From positions 62,001 to 126,000 of IMG/VR virus record IMGVR_UViG_3300046694_000136: a stretch of DNA of 64,000 nucleotides, one strand, 5' to 3'. A program made the translations under genes and the position numbers. Positions within the stretch are counted from its first letter, which is position 1. Each line of letters starts with the position of its first letter. The notes under the pieces are model-generated. The model saw only the letters and a list, made by a program, of their open reading frames with translations. It searched no databases and was not told the DNA's origin. Below are positions 63,779 through 64,000 of this stretch, one piece after another.

Positions 63779-64000
63779 ATGAACGGACAAAGTGTGGCTC
63801 CTTTACGGTATATCGTTACCCCGACTCTGAAAGATATTTCTGATCAGGACCGGGAAGAATTCGAAGCCGCTGAAGCACAGCCGGTAATGGCAGAACTCTC
63901 TGCCGAGAACGATCAGGTAAGCGGTACTGAAAAGTACTACAACTACATCCTCCACTCGCAAGCTCTGGTTTCCGCTGAGCTGGGTAGTGTCACCGGTGCT
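63779..64000 (+). CDS. Internal head protein, 3'-truncated by the window edge
   Basis: MNGQSVAPLRY...DQVSGTE...VTGA, open to the end of the window; not in the ORF track. Confidence 0.65.
   Translation, partial: MNGQSVAPLRYIVTPTLKDISDQDREEFEAAEAQPVMAELSAENDQVSGTEKYYNYILHSQALVSAELGSVTGA

Overview
This window is from a phiKZ-like, nucleus-forming jumbo phage (Chimalliviridae-type). Host not determinable; C-ending codons in highly expressed genes are compatible with Pseudomonas. Left to right: (1) the 3' part of an intein-containing large terminase and a reverse block of virion genes; (2) a structured, AT-rich divergent intergenic region; (3) three tandem proteasome/HslV-like (Ntn) genes and tubulin PhuZ; (4) a cluster of small early genes, the polymerase half of a split family-B DNA polymerase, chimallin (nuclear shell), non-virion RNA polymerase subunits, an Mre11/SbcD nuclease, the gp67-gp70 block with the probable import factor PicA/Imp1, and an SF2 helicase; (5) a virion RNAP beta' subunit, the exonuclease half of the polymerase, baseplate genes and head/inner-body proteins with G-x-E processing sites. 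phiKZ gp numbers come from recalled motifs plus synteny; no database search was run. Best leads: a T-TTT-TTT -1 frameshift fusing two genes (tail-chaperone G/GT-like); chimallin C-terminal motifs repeated in the gp70-like protein; the proteasome-like triplet; a strand-specific GGA-zipper/GNA-triloop DNA hairpin; a stand-alone capsid-domain paralog; and a candidate pseudoknotted small RNA.
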